Source of the DNA: an uncultured Mageeibacillus sp.
Lineage (GTDB): Bacteria > Bacillota > Clostridia > Saccharofermentanales > DTU023
Direction of reading: 5' to 3'
Length of the DNA: 53,540 nt
Assembly: GCA_964346695.1 (NCBI GenBank)
Contig: CAYFVK010000001.1
Span: 88,601-142,140 of the forward strand
The notes below the pieces were generated by a model. That model was not told the origin of the DNA, did no database searches, and saw nothing but the letters and a program-made list of their open reading frames with translations. Shown one piece after another: positions 36,724 to 47,209 of the stretch (position 1 is the stretch's first letter; each line of letters begins with the position of its first letter). The position numbers and the translations under genes are program-made.

Positions 36724-38077
36724 ATGCTTTTTCCCTCATGCAGCTGATAAAAAATCCGTCAATCGGCAATTGATCGGGCCGTAGTAATAAGCCCCATTCA
36801 GATAATCCCGCCCGTGCAATTTCCCGAAAATCCGGTTTTATATAATCTACAATAAAATCCATTCCCATTGTTTCAAAATTTCGGCCTGCTGGCGAGTTTA
36901 AGAATGTTTCAATCAATTGTTGGTTTTCCTCGGGATTCAGCGTACAGGTACTGTAAGTCAAGATACCGCCTGACTGAACATAATTCGCTCCCTCCGTCAG
37001 AAGCTCCAACTGGATTTTCGGATATTCCATGACCTTTTGATAGGTCGCTTTCAATTTGATCTCCGGCTTATGCCTTAAAACGCCCAGCCCGCTGCACGGC
37101 ACATCCAGCAAAACCAGATCAAATTTTTCATTGCTTTGAAATTCCTGCAAGCTCAAAGGATAGGCTTCGATTTGGTTCAGCCCGAGACGGGAGGAATTTT
37201 CCAATAATCCAGCATAGCGTTTCTGATTCGGCTCCAGACAGGTAATACGCAAATCCTGATTTTCAGATGACAGTGCGAATGATTTGCCGCCAAGACCCGC
37301 GCAGGCATCCAATACGGTTCTGATATTGCCCGCGTGAGCAGTTTTGCCAACTAAAGTCGATGATTCATCCTGAATATAGAACCATCCTTCCCGATAACCC
37401 GGAACATCTGCTATGGCGGAGGACAGTTTCTGTAAGACAAATGTATTTTCTAAAAGTTGAGAAGGTTCGACAGCAATTTGTGCTGCCGCGCAATCTGACA
37501 ACCATTGTTCTTTCTCGGTTTTTTTCAACAACAATACGGACAACCCGTCTTCCCGAATCAAAAAATTTTGCAGAATAGAAATTGCCGTCTCTTCGCCATA
37601 CCATTTTTTAAATAACCCGAATAACTCGGAGGAAATACCATACTTCAAATGTTCCTGCTTCTTCTTCAAATGAATCGGTTTTTTGGCAATATTTCGCAAA
37701 ACGGCGTTGACATAGCCGGAAGCATGTTGTTTATGAAAGCAGCGGCACAATTTGACGGATTCGTCAACGGCGGAAGCGTCGGGAATCTGTTCGGAAAAAT
37801 AAATCTGCCAGACTCCCGTTCTCAGAATCATCAAAACCATCGTGTCTATTTTGGAAAATGGGATATTGGAATTCTCTTTGATCATTTCGTCGATTAGCAA
37901 CAAATATTCCAAAGTTCCATAAATAAGGGCGGTCAGGAACTTTTTGTCAATTCTCTTCAAACCCGGAGTTTCGACAAGATCAGCCACCACCTCATTCGAG
38001 AATTGATCCTGATTGAGAATTCTCTCCAGACCTCGAACAGCCAATGCCCGAACTTCATCCCACTTGATAACTGTCAT
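36713..38077 (-). CDS. rsmB: 16S rRNA (cytosine967-C5)-methyltransferase RsmB
   Basis: 454 aa. NusB-like N-terminus, SAM motif DACAGLGGKS, catalytic DVPCSGLG and YSTCT. Confidence 0.9.
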   Translation of the reverse strand: MTVIKWDEVRALAVRGLERILNQDQFSNEVVADLVETPGLKRIDKKFLTALIYGTLEYLLLIDEMIKENSNIPFSKIDTMVLMILRTGVWQIYFSEQIPDASAVDESVKLCRCFHKQHASGYVNAVLRNIAKKPIHLKKKQEHLKYGISSELFGLFKKWYGEETAISILQNFLIREDGLSVLLLKKTEKEQWLSDCAAAQIAVEPSQLLENTFVLQKLSSAIADVPGYREGWFYIQDESSTLVGKTAHAGNIRTVLDACAGLGGKSFALSSENQDLRITCLEPNQKRYAGLLENSSRLGLNQIEAYPLSLQEFQSNEKFDLVLLDVPCSGLGVLRHKPEIKLKATYQKVMEYPKIQLELLTEGANYVQSGGILTYSTCTLNPEENQQLIETFLNSPAGRNFETMGMDFIVDYIKPDFREIARAGLSEWGLLLRPDQLPIDGFFISCMREKAYEQ

Positions 38078-38760
38078 CTTTCCCGACCGCTGTTAACAAT
38101 CGAGAAAATTCTGAGAAAAGAAACCAAAGCAGTAGTTGCTGAAGCAACATAGGTCATTGCCGCGGCATTGAGAACTTTTCTGGCACCTTTAACTTCATCA
38201 ACAGATAAAATTCCGGAATTTTCAAGGATATTGACTGCCCTTTTACTGGCATTAAATTCAACCGGTAAAGTTATGAGGAAAAACAGAAATGCGAAAAAAT
38301 ATAAAATCAATCCGATATAAGCCAATGTCATGCCGAATTCATTATATCCGTTCAGGATAACGCCGATGATGGCTAAATAAGGACCCGCTACCGATCCGAT
38401 CCTGGCTACCGGGACTAAAGCCGCTCGGATCTTATTGGGGAAATAATTTGTTTCGTCCTGCACAGCATGACCTGCCTCATGAGCAGCTACGCCGATTGCT
38501 GCCAGAGAATCTCTGTATCTGGTCGCCTCGGACAGACGCAAAATATTATTTCTCGGGTCATAATGATCCGTCAATTTACCGCCGACCCCTTCAATCTGAA
38601 CATTTAAACCGTACATTTGCAGAATTCTGCGGGCAGCCTGCTCTCCGGTCAATCCGCTCCGCGCTCTGATCTGATCATATTTGCGAAAAGTTGATTGAAC
38701 TTTTGCCTGCGCCGATACACTAAACAGGAAACAAACGAATAATAAAAACAGATAAACCAT
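38074..38760 (-). CDS. Putative neutral zinc metallopeptidase (YugP-like membrane protein)
   Basis: 228 aa. HEAGHAVQ zinc motif with flanking TM helices. GGGAGGG RBS. Confidence 0.8.
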   Translation of the reverse strand: MVYLFLLFVCFLFSVSAQAKVQSTFRKYDQIRARSGLTGEQAARRILQMYGLNVQIEGVGGKLTDHYDPRNNILRLSEATRYRDSLAAIGVAAHEAGHAVQDETNYFPNKIRAALVPVARIGSVAGPYLAIIGVILNGYNEFGMTLAYIGLILYFFAFLFFLITLPVEFNASKRAVNILENSGILSVDEVKGARKVLNAAAMTYVASATTALVSFLRIFSIVNSGRER

Positions 38761-39722
38761 TATTCCCTCCCAAACTTCTGACCGATTTTAAAATTATGAG
38801 AACATTCTCCTGCCGGCATTTTTTTGCCGGATTCAAATTGAATTTCTTTTAAAGCAATTGCGCCTTGTCCGCATCGAACAAGCAATTTCTTTTGATTATC
38901 GATAATCGTTCCGGGTTCTGCCCCGCAATATTGCGACTCTCCCGATGAACTTTGATCGGCTGAAAATATCTTCATCCGTTTGCCGGCAAAAAACGAAAAA
39001 GCACCCGGCCAAGGCTGTGTACCCCGAATCAGGCGTTCTATTTCAACGGCACTCTTCTGCCAATCAATTTCCCCGGATTCTCGAGTAAGTTTCGGAGAAA
39101 AACTGACTTTTGTCGGATCCTGACGCTTTCTTTGATATGCGCCGATGAAAAATTCAGGTAAAAAATCGACAATCGCTTCCGCCCCGAGCCGAGCTAATTG
39201 ATCGAACAAACTGCCGGCTGTCGCGTTTTCCGCTATTACTATTTTGCGCTGATACAAAATATCCCCGCTGTCCATGCCGGTATCCATCTGCATAATCGTA
39301 ATGCCGGTTTCTTTCTTGCCGTCCATGATCGCGGCATGAATCGGCGCGGCTCCGCGATATTCCGGCAACAATGAAGCGTGAATATTCAGGCAGCCGTATT
39401 GAGGAATATCGAGGATCGCTTTTCTGATAATTTGACCATATGCCGCTGTAATAATCAGATCAGGTTCCAATGAGCGGATATAATCCACCGAAGCATCCTG
39501 ATTGATGTTTTGCGGTTGATAGAGGGGCAGTTGATGCGTGTGAGCTATTGCTGCTACCGGCGTATCATGGATGACTTGCTTCCTGCCTGCTGCTCTGTTG
39601 GGCTGACTGATTACAGCGATAATTTGATAAAGATCGGATTTTTCAATTAAGGACTCTAATGCGGGCACGGCAAAGTCAGGAGTACCCATGAAGATAATTT
39701 TTTTTCGTTCCGTCTTATTCAT
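38760..39722 (-). CDS. fmt: Methionyl-tRNA formyltransferase
   Basis: IIFMGTPDFAV, NIHASLLPEYRGAAPI. The track ORF extends to 39758, inside def. The ATG at 39722 (MNKTERKKIIFMGTP) gives a normal N-terminus and an 8-nt overlap with def. Confidence 0.9.
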   Translation of the reverse strand: MNKTERKKIIFMGTPDFAVPALESLIEKSDLYQIIAVISQPNRAAGRKQVIHDTPVAAIAHTHQLPLYQPQNINQDASVDYIRSLEPDLIITAAYGQIIRKAILDIPQYGCLNIHASLLPEYRGAAPIHAAIMDGKKETGITIMQMDTGMDSGDILYQRKIVIAENATAGSLFDQLARLGAEAIVDFLPEFFIGAYQRKRQDPTKVSFSPKLTRESGEIDWQKSAVEIERLIRGTQPWPGAFSFFAGKRMKIFSADQSSSGESQYCGAEPGTIIDNQKKLLVRCGQGAIALKEIQFESGKKMPAGECSHNFKIGQKFGRE

Positions 39723-40221
39723 TCTCTTCCTGCTCTTCCTGAGCGAACTCGGACTCATGAACTAAATCACCGATAACTTTCTCTGTGAACATGATTCCGT
39801 TTAAGTGATCCATCTCATGCTGGATGCATCTTGCCTTCAAGCCTTCCGCTTCCATTTCATGAGATTCTCCGTTCAAATCATCATATTTAATTTTGATTTT
39901 GCTGTAGCGTTTGACTTTCCCATACAGATGCGGAAGCGACAAACAGCCTTCATAAGAAATTTCCGCTCCCTCAGACTCAATCAGTTCCGGGTTAATGATG
40001 ATTAAATTTCCTTCTTCTTCCAGAACGTTCATCACGAACAATTTCTTTAAAATACCGACCTGAGGGGCTGCCAGTCCGATTCCGTTCGCCCGGGTCATCG
40101 TTTCAATCATGTCCTCGGACAATTCTTTTAAACGAGTGTCAAATCTTTTAACGGTTCTGGTTCCGGAATGCAAAGCAAATTCTCCCTCTTCGCCGATTTT
40201 AACTATATTTCTTAAAGCCAT
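39715..40221 (-). CDS. def: Peptide deformylase
   Basis: 168 aa. GIGLAAPQVG, EGCLS, HEMDHLNG. Confidence 0.96.
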   Translation of the reverse strand: MALRNIVKIGEEGEFALHSGTRTVKRFDTRLKELSEDMIETMTRANGIGLAAPQVGILKKLFVMNVLEEEGNLIIINPELIESEGAEISYEGCLSLPHLYGKVKRYSKIKIKYDDLNGESHEMEAEGLKARCIQHEMDHLNGIMFTEKVIGDLVHESEFAQEEQEENE

Positions 40222-40393
40222 CTCATTCCTCTCATTTTAAAACTATATTCGTCATATATTAAACAATTAATATTTTACTTCAACATTATAAATAATAATA
40301 AGTCGTTTTGTTACAACAATAAATATACATCAATAACTATTGTCCGATATATATTAACGCAGGTAAAGAAAAAGAATAACAAAAGATGAGTAA

Positions 40394-42655
40394 TTATAGC
40401 ATTTGTTCAGGGTTAATATCCAGATTAACCTGTACACCTTGTTCATGCCGCAAAAGTAATTCAGTATTGAATAAGCGGGCTATTTTTTCTTTTTTATCGC
40501 TTTTAATGATGATACGATACCGATATTTTCCCCGCAGTTTAATAATCGGCGCAGGGCAGGGAGAAAAAATTAAAGTTTGATCGAATAGATGCTGATTGCG
40601 ATTAATCATTTCATTTAGGAAGTAAAAAATATCAACGGCCTTTTGCCGAGCTGTTTTTTCCGATTTGCTCTGAATCAAGATCAAACCCAATTCAAAAAAA
40701 GGAGGAAATGCCGCCCGGTAACGATACTTGAGCTCTTCTTTATAAAAACTCAAATAGTCCTGTCTCGCAGCATAACGAATCACATAATTATTCAGATTAA
40801 AACCTTGGATAATAACATCGCCCTGTTTATCTGAACGGCCGGCTCTGCCGGAAGCCTGAGTCAACAGCTGAAACGCTCTTTCTTCAGACTTGTAATTACC
40901 TGTATACATCAACGAATCGGAAGAAATAATTCCCACAGTGCGGACATTTTGAAAATCATGGCCCTTTGCTATCATTTGTGTTCCGATCAGACAGTCCACC
41001 TCGCCCCTGCCAAAGGCTGAGAGAATCTTTTGATGAGCCTGGTTGCCGATCACCGTATCAAAATCCATACGCATTGTCTTGCACTCCGGAAAATGTTTTC
41101 GAAAAGCCTGCTCCACCATTTGCGTGCCAATGCCGATTTCTTCTATCGTGTTTTCTCCGCATTCAGGGCAAGTTGTTATGACGGGGCTGATTTGACCGCA
41201 ATAGTGACAGATTAATTTTTGTTTAGACTTGTCATATTTATTCAGATGTCTTGTCATCGGAATTTCGCAATGCGGGCATTTAACTACATGCCCGCAGTTC
41301 TTACACTGTAAGGTAGAATTGAAACCGCGCCTATTCAGAAACAACATGGCTTGTCCGCCTTGAGCAAATGTTTGTTCCAGAGTTTTCAGCAATTTCAGGC
41401 TGAAAACATGATCAAAATCAGCCCTTGCCATCTCGTTTTTCATTTGCACAAGATCAATTTTCGGTAAAGGAGCCGGTTTGGCTCTTTTCGGCAAGGTAAG
41501 TAATTTTGAAACTCCTCTCACGGTACGATGATATGTTTCAATAGAAGGGGTGGCGGAGCCTAAAAGCAGTACGGCATGATGTTCAATCGCCCTGATCCTG
41601 GCTATTTCATGCGCCTTATATTTCGGTATGCTTTCCGAAACATAGCTGCTTTCCTGTTCCTCATCAATAATGATCAAGCCGATATTTTGAAGAGGTGAAA
41701 AAATGGCAGAACGTGCTCCTACCACAATATTTTTCTCGCCGTTCAATATTTTCTGCCACTGTTCAAATCTTTGCGTAAGCGTTAGTCGGCTATGCCAGAT
41801 CGCCACCTGTTCCTTGAATTTATTAACAAAACGACTGATCATCAAAGGCGTCAATGATATTTCAGGGACTAAAATAATTACTGTTTTACCGGCTTTTAAT
41901 ACCTCATCCGCGAATCGCAGATAAACTTCCGTTTTACCGCTTCCGGTTACGCCGAATAATAGAGCCTCCCTTAATTGCTGATCAGCAGAGCTTAATTTGA
42001 CCAGTTCCCGATAAACTATTTCCTGATCATCGTTGAGACGTGCAACCGGCGTTTCATGCCAAATCTCCATCGCCTCTTCATTTCTGGAAATCTTTTTCTG
42101 AAAAAACTCAATAAATCCTTTTTTTTGCAAAGTATTCAAAACGGAGGAACTGACCTGACAAACCTGAGTAATCTCCTGACAAAGAGCGGATTCAACTTGT
42201 AGTAAAAGCTCAATTACCCTTTCCTGCTGCAAAGTGCTGAAACGCTGCTCTTCCAGCAATTCAAGCGCTGCCTGCGGATCTTTCAAACGACAGGCTTTCC
42301 CGGTTTTTCTGCCTACTTGAAAGACCGTAGGCGGACTGATTGTTTTTAAGGCTCGGCCGACCGTACAAAAATATCTTCTCTTCATCTCCTTTGCCAAAAA
42401 CAATTGATCGTCCCGGTAAACAGGCTCTTCAAAAATGATTTTTGAAACGGATTTAACTCTTTTAAATTCAGATTGATCACTCTCGGCAAAAATAACGGCG
42501 CGGCGCAATGAATTTCCGATTCCGAAAGGAACTTCAATCAATTGCCCGATGAACAAATCCGGATTTGAAGCCAGAAAAGTATAGGGCTTATCAAAATCCA
42601 AGGTCGCGTCCAATAAATAGACAATTATATATTTTTTTGTGATTTTTTTATTCAT
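40394..42655 (-). CDS. priA: Primosomal replication-restart helicase PriA
   Basis: 753 aa. Walker A GVTGSGKT, DEEQ box, Cys-rich zinc insertion (CKNCGHVVKCPHC ... CHYCG ... CPECG). Confidence 0.95.
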   Translation of the reverse strand: MNKKITKKYIIVYLLDATLDFDKPYTFLASNPDLFIGQLIEVPFGIGNSLRRAVIFAESDQSEFKRVKSVSKIIFEEPVYRDDQLFLAKEMKRRYFCTVGRALKTISPPTVFQVGRKTGKACRLKDPQAALELLEEQRFSTLQQERVIELLLQVESALCQEITQVCQVSSSVLNTLQKKGFIEFFQKKISRNEEAMEIWHETPVARLNDDQEIVYRELVKLSSADQQLREALLFGVTGSGKTEVYLRFADEVLKAGKTVIILVPEISLTPLMISRFVNKFKEQVAIWHSRLTLTQRFEQWQKILNGEKNIVVGARSAIFSPLQNIGLIIIDEEQESSYVSESIPKYKAHEIARIRAIEHHAVLLLGSATPSIETYHRTVRGVSKLLTLPKRAKPAPLPKIDLVQMKNEMARADFDHVFSLKLLKTLEQTFAQGGQAMLFLNRRGFNSTLQCKNCGHVVKCPHCEIPMTRHLNKYDKSKQKLICHYCGQISPVITTCPECGENTIEEIGIGTQMVEQAFRKHFPECKTMRMDFDTVIGNQAHQKILSAFGRGEVDCLIGTQMIAKGHDFQNVRTVGIISSDSLMYTGNYKSEERAFQLLTQASGRAGRSDKQGDVIIQGFNLNNYVIRYAARQDYLSFYKEELKYRYRAAFPPFFELGLILIQSKSEKTARQKAVDIFYFLNEMINRNQHLFDQTLIFSPCPAPIIKLRGKYRYRIIIKSDKKEKIARLFNTELLLRHEQGVQVNLDINPEQML

Positions 42656-42703
42656 CTGACTGCATTATAAAATAAACTGTTTTTGATTTACTTCTCAAAT
42701 ATT

Positions 42704-45700
42704 CTACCCTAACAAGGAAAATAAATCGATTTGCGCCGATTCCGGTAAACCTTTCAAAACGCCTGCGGTTTTAAGGGATTCCATAGCTACTTGCCCAAGC
42801 TCCGCCCTTCTTGCCAATTCTTCCTGCGTCTTGAATAAGCCGCCTTCCTCGCGAGCTTTCACGATCTGCTTCGCCAGCGTATCGCTGATATTGGGAATGG
42901 CGTTGAGAGGAGGTCTGATTTCATTTTTTTGCGGTGAATAAAACTCCACAGCTTTGGACTTTTCCAGATCCATTGGCAAAAAGTCTATTCCTCTCGCCTG
43001 CATCTCTTCTACCAGCTCAAGATAAAAATGTTTTTTTTGCTGCTGGGCCGTCAGATTATTCCAATCTCTCCGCTGCTCGGCTCTATTCTGCTTGATAATT
43101 TCCGGGGGCAAGCATAATTCATCGCTGGAAAATTCCGGTGCTCGGATTGTAAAATAAGCGCAGTAATAGGCTTCCGGATAATAAACTTTAAACCAGGCGA
43201 TGCGCAAGGCAGAAATTAAATAGGCAACGGCATGCGCCTTAGGAAACATATATTTTATTTTCTTACAGCTTTCAATATACCAATCAGGTATCTGATGTTC
43301 CCGCATTAACGCTTCATGTTCCTGACTCAGCCCTTTTCCTTTGCGGACTTTTTCCATGATATCGAAGGAATCTTTATTGGGTAAACCATGATAAATCAGA
43401 TAAGTCATAATGCTGTCGCGGCAGCCGATAACTTCATTAATCGTGCAAATCCCATCTTTGATCAAAGTTTGCGCATTACCGGACCAGACATCAGTACCAT
43501 GTGACAACCCGGAAATTTGAACCAGATCGTAAAAGTTTTTCGGTTTTGTTTCCGCAATCATATTGCGGACCAGGAATGTTCCCAATTCCGGAATACCGAT
43601 TGTCGCCGCCTTTAAGGTTGATTCCTCATCCGGAATACCCAGGGCACTCGTGCTGTGAAATAAGGACATAACCTTATCATCGGGTATCGGAATCGTTGTT
43701 ACATCTATGCCGGTAATATCCCCCAGCATTTTGAGCATTGAGGGATCATCATGGCCCAGTATATCCAACTTCAAAATCGTATCGTGCAATGAATTAAAGT
43801 CGAAATGAGTTGTAATTACATGAGAGTCGGCCTTGTTCGCCGGGTATTGAATAGGTGTAAAGTCGTAAATATCTCTTTCTCTGGGTATAACTACCATGCC
43901 ACCCGGATGTTGTCCGGTTGTAACCTTAACTCCCTGCAATCCTTTTGCCAGTCGCGAAACTTCTGTATTACTTACATTCTTTTGATTCGATTCAAAATAA
44001 TTGAGAACCATACCCGCTGAATTCTTTTCAGCATAGCTGCTGATCGTGCCGGCACGGAACGTTTTGTCGACTCCAAACATTTCTTCGATAAACTGATGTG
44101 CTCTTGACTGATAAAAACCGGAAAAATTTAAATCAATATCCGGTTGTTTATCGCCATAAAAACCGAGAAATGTTTCGAAAGGAATATCCTGCCCCTCTCG
44201 GATAAAATCGGCGCCGCATTTCGGACATTTTTTAGGCGGCAAATCAAAACCGGATCCATAATTTCCGCTGTCATCAAATTCCGCATAATGACAATCGGGA
44301 CATACATAATGCGGCTGTAGAGGATTCACCTCCGTAATGCCGCATAAAGTGGCAACCAATGAAGAACCGACCGATCCTCTGGAACCCACAATATAGCCAT
44401 CTTCATTTGATTTTTTTACTACGGAATGGGCGATATAATACATGATGGCAAAACCGTTATCTATGATCGATGTAAGCTCTTTTTGCAATCTTTTTTCAAC
44501 GATCTCCGGCAGTTTGTTCTCATAGCCATAAATTTCAAATGCCCTGCGCGTCGTTAACTCACGAATATCTTGATCAGCGGACTTGATAATCGGCGGGAAA
44601 GAACCCTGTGGGAACGGCCGCAGATCCGCCTCGACCATATCGGCGATCAAGTTGGGATTTTTAATGACTACATCGTGAGCCGTGTTTTCATCCAAATATG
44701 AAAATTCATTCAACATTTCATCCGTAGTTCTGAAATAAAGGTCCGCCATCTCTTCCATATCTTCAAAATTCATATTTGTCATCAGAATTTTGCGGTAAAT
44801 ATCATCTTCCGGGTTGAGATAATGAACATCCCCCGTGGCGCAGACCCTTTTATGGGAGAGCTTTCCCAATTCCAGAACCAGACGGTTCAAGTTCTGCAAA
44901 TCATCCTTTGAGTTGATGAAATTATTCTCTTCTCGGAGCAAGAAAGAATTATTGGTCAGCGGTTGAATTTCTAAGAATGTATAGCGTTTCGCCAGTTCTC
45001 TGACAGGATGATTTCGGAGAATCTGCTTTGCCTTAGAAAAATCTCCTTGCGCCTGTTTATAAATTGAAACAATTGCTGAAAATATTTCTCCGTCCACACA
45101 TGCCATTCCCTTGATGATGCCCGCACCGTAATAACTCAGTACAGAACGGGGAATTCTGGGCGAATAATAAAAATATTTTATATGGGCGTCAGAACACAAT
45201 CTGTATAAATTGTATAAACCCAAAGAATCCTGAACAAGGAGCAGAATATGATTACTTTTCTTTCTCTCGTTTTTGAGTTCCCGGAATGTTTTGAAATCCG
45301 AATAATAATTGAGTTCGATAAAATTATCGACTTCTGCGATCTGTAAATATTGAAGATATTTTGCTGCCAGATCAATGAGTGACGATAATTTCGAGCTCTC
45401 ATCGGCATTCAGATCTGCTGAACAACCGATATTCCCTTTATCCGGCTCCGAGATCGTTTTATTCTGCTTTTGATCAACCAGGCGGATCATTTCAGCTAAA
45501 TCTATCAAAGGCGGATTAAACTTAATTCTGGGGGCATTATCCGTTACCCGAAAACCGGCATAGCGCAAAAAGTTCAATTTTACGAGAGCATTTTCCGCTA
45601 TGAATAAAGAGCCGTCAGAAAATTCTTTAAATTCAGATAATATGTCTAATGCTGTTTCCGGGTCCTCCGGATGATCAGATGATTGATTTAGCGTTTTAGT

Positions 45701-47209
45701 GAAAGTATCAACAATTTGAAAGTCCTCCAATTTTAATAAAGCAGATAATTTTTTCGACTTGGCTGTCTCCTGATTGTTTTCTTGAGAATGTAAAGCAGAC
45801 AAATCTTTCTGATAGCGGACTTTGACGGCGGAAATTTCTTTGATCCGATTCTGTCCGGGGTCGTCTCCGTCAGAAATGATATCGAAGATAATGAAATCTC
45901 GGTCAAAAGCAATGTCTTCTGCTTCATAAGCGAAACAACCCATTCCGTCATCAAGTAAATATCCCTCTACGCCGTAGATGATTTTGATCGGATGACCGGC
46001 TTTCGCAAGTTGGTCCGCAGTATTGCAAACATCAGGGAATCCCTGTACGACGCCATGATCGGTTATCGCTACAGCCGGATGCCCGAAACGAGAGGCGGTT
46101 TTGACAATGTCTGCGGGATTAATCGTTCCGTCTTTCGCGGAAAGCTTGGAATGGATATGCAATTCTACTCTTTTTTCCGTATTTTGATCCATTCTGGGTA
46201 AAGGTCTCTCAGCTTTTTCGATGCAGGTTACATTGGCGACAAATTCCTTTGCGAATCTGTCATCATAAAAAACCTTTGCGGTTACCCTGATATATTGACC
46301 GTCGATAATTTTCGTCAATTCTTTTTCTTCCTCAGGATCCGTAAACAAAGTACATGAAATGGAAGCAGTTTGATCTGTTATGGCGAATTTAATTAACAAT
46401 CGATTATTTCTGGTTATTTTGCTCTCAAAAGAAAAAACTTCCCCCTCAAAATAAGCCCTTTCCGTTTCATTATTGATTTCACGGATTTTTATTAAGGGTA
46501 TCGCCGGTCCTGTTCTGCCCCATAAAACATCATCTGATTGGCGGGATTTCCGGTATTTCTGCCTAACAGCATTATGTTCTTTTTGTTTTATGGCAGTATT
46601 TTGAATTTCTTCCACTTTTTGCTGATAAAGTTCGCTGGAACGGCTTTCAGCATCCGCTATCAGCTGCTCCGTACGCTCGATAATATCTGATCGGGTCAGA
46701 TTCTTTCTGCTTTTTAAAACAATCTCACAGGGAAAAGATCCAAAATGATACCAGAATTCAATCAGCCAATTATTCTCTTTATTCACTAAAGCAAATTGAT
46801 GATCATTAAGAAAACAAAAAATTGAGTCTTTACGAATTTCCACCTGACTCTTGGCGAAAATAGAAGATTCGAATGTCTCAGCAAACTCCGCATGCCTTTT
46901 CAGCCAGATAGATACTTGAGCAAGATAGGCGATCTTCTCCTCCTCGTCAGGCGGAGAAACCGCTTCCTGCCTGATGATTACCTCAGGAATACCGAAGGCT
47001 TTTTCCAATTTGCTCTCCAAAAGGATGATCCATTGAGGGAGGAGAAGCTCTTTTGTCTCTATATTCAAAACCAATGTCTTTACGGAAAGAAAATCAATTT
47101 GCTTCACACTTAAATGATGGAGATCTGTATTTTCCGGTAAATCAGCAAGCTCCTGATCAGAATCGAGGCCTGAATATTTGATAATTTGAGCAAGATTAGT
47201 TTGCAGCAT
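42704..47209 (-). CDS. polC: DNA polymerase III alpha subunit, PolC type (exonuclease motifs degenerate)
   Basis: PHP motif ELHIHSKLSAKDG, zinc module CPDC..CPKCG, GSRGSVGSS, PDIDLNFSG, QHPGG, LGHDD, KKIKYMFPKAHA, C-terminal HhH region. The track start (47239) is a TTG. The ATG at 47209 (MLQTNLAQ) follows a GAGAGA. Confidence 0.93.
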   Translation of the reverse strand: MLQTNLAQIIKYSGLDSDQELADLPENTDLHHLSVKQIDFLSVKTLVLNIETKELLLPQWIILLESKLEKAFGIPEVIIRQEAVSPPDEEEKIAYLAQVSIWLKRHAEFAETFESSIFAKSQVEIRKDSIFCFLNDHQFALVNKENNWLIEFWYHFGSFPCEIVLKSRKNLTRSDIIERTEQLIADAESRSSELYQQKVEEIQNTAIKQKEHNAVRQKYRKSRQSDDVLWGRTGPAIPLIKIREINNETERAYFEGEVFSFESKITRNNRLLIKFAITDQTASISCTLFTDPEEEKELTKIIDGQYIRVTAKVFYDDRFAKEFVANVTCIEKAERPLPRMDQNTEKRVELHIHSKLSAKDGTINPADIVKTASRFGHPAVAITDHGVVQGFPDVCNTADQLAKAGHPIKIIYGVEGYLLDDGMGCFAYEAEDIAFDRDFIIFDIISDGDDPGQNRIKEISAVKVRYQKDLSALHSQENNQETAKSKKLSALLKLEDFQIVDTFTKTLNQSSDHPEDPETALDILSEFKEFSDGSLFIAENALVKLNFLRYAGFRVTDNAPRIKFNPPLIDLAEMIRLVDQKQNKTISEPDKGNIGCSADLNADESSKLSSLIDLAAKYLQYLQIAEVDNFIELNYYSDFKTFRELKNERKKSNHILLLVQDSLGLYNLYRLCSDAHIKYFYYSPRIPRSVLSYYGAGIIKGMACVDGEIFSAIVSIYKQAQGDFSKAKQILRNHPVRELAKRYTFLEIQPLTNNSFLLREENNFINSKDDLQNLNRLVLELGKLSHKRVCATGDVHYLNPEDDIYRKILMTNMNFEDMEEMADLYFRTTDEMLNEFSYLDENTAHDVVIKNPNLIADMVEADLRPFPQGSFPPIIKSADQDIRELTTRRAFEIYGYENKLPEIVEKRLQKELTSIIDNGFAIMYYIAHSVVKKSNEDGYIVGSRGSVGSSLVATLCGITEVNPLQPHYVCPDCHYAEFDDSGNYGSGFDLPPKKCPKCGADFIREGQDIPFETFLGFYGDKQPDIDLNFSGFYQSRAHQFIEEMFGVDKTFRAGTISSYAEKNSAGMVLNYFESNQKNVSNTEVSRLAKGLQGVKVTTGQHPGGMVVIPRERDIYDFTPIQYPANKADSHVITTHFDFNSLHDTILKLDILGHDDPSMLKMLGDITGIDVTTIPIPDDKVMSLFHSTSALGIPDEESTLKAATIGIPELGTFLVRNMIAETKPKNFYDLVQISGLSHGTDVWSGNAQTLIKDGICTINEVIGCRDSIMTYLIYHGLPNKDSFDIMEKVRKGKGLSQEHEALMREHQIPDWYIESCKKIKYMFPKAHAVAYLISALRIAWFKVYYPEAYYCAYFTIRAPEFSSDELCLPPEIIKQNRAEQRRDWNNLTAQQQKKHFYLELVEEMQARGIDFLPMDLEKSKAVEFYSPQKNEIRPPLNAIPNISDTLAKQIVKAREEGGLFKTQEELARRAELGQVAMESLKTAGVLKGLPESAQIDLFSLLG

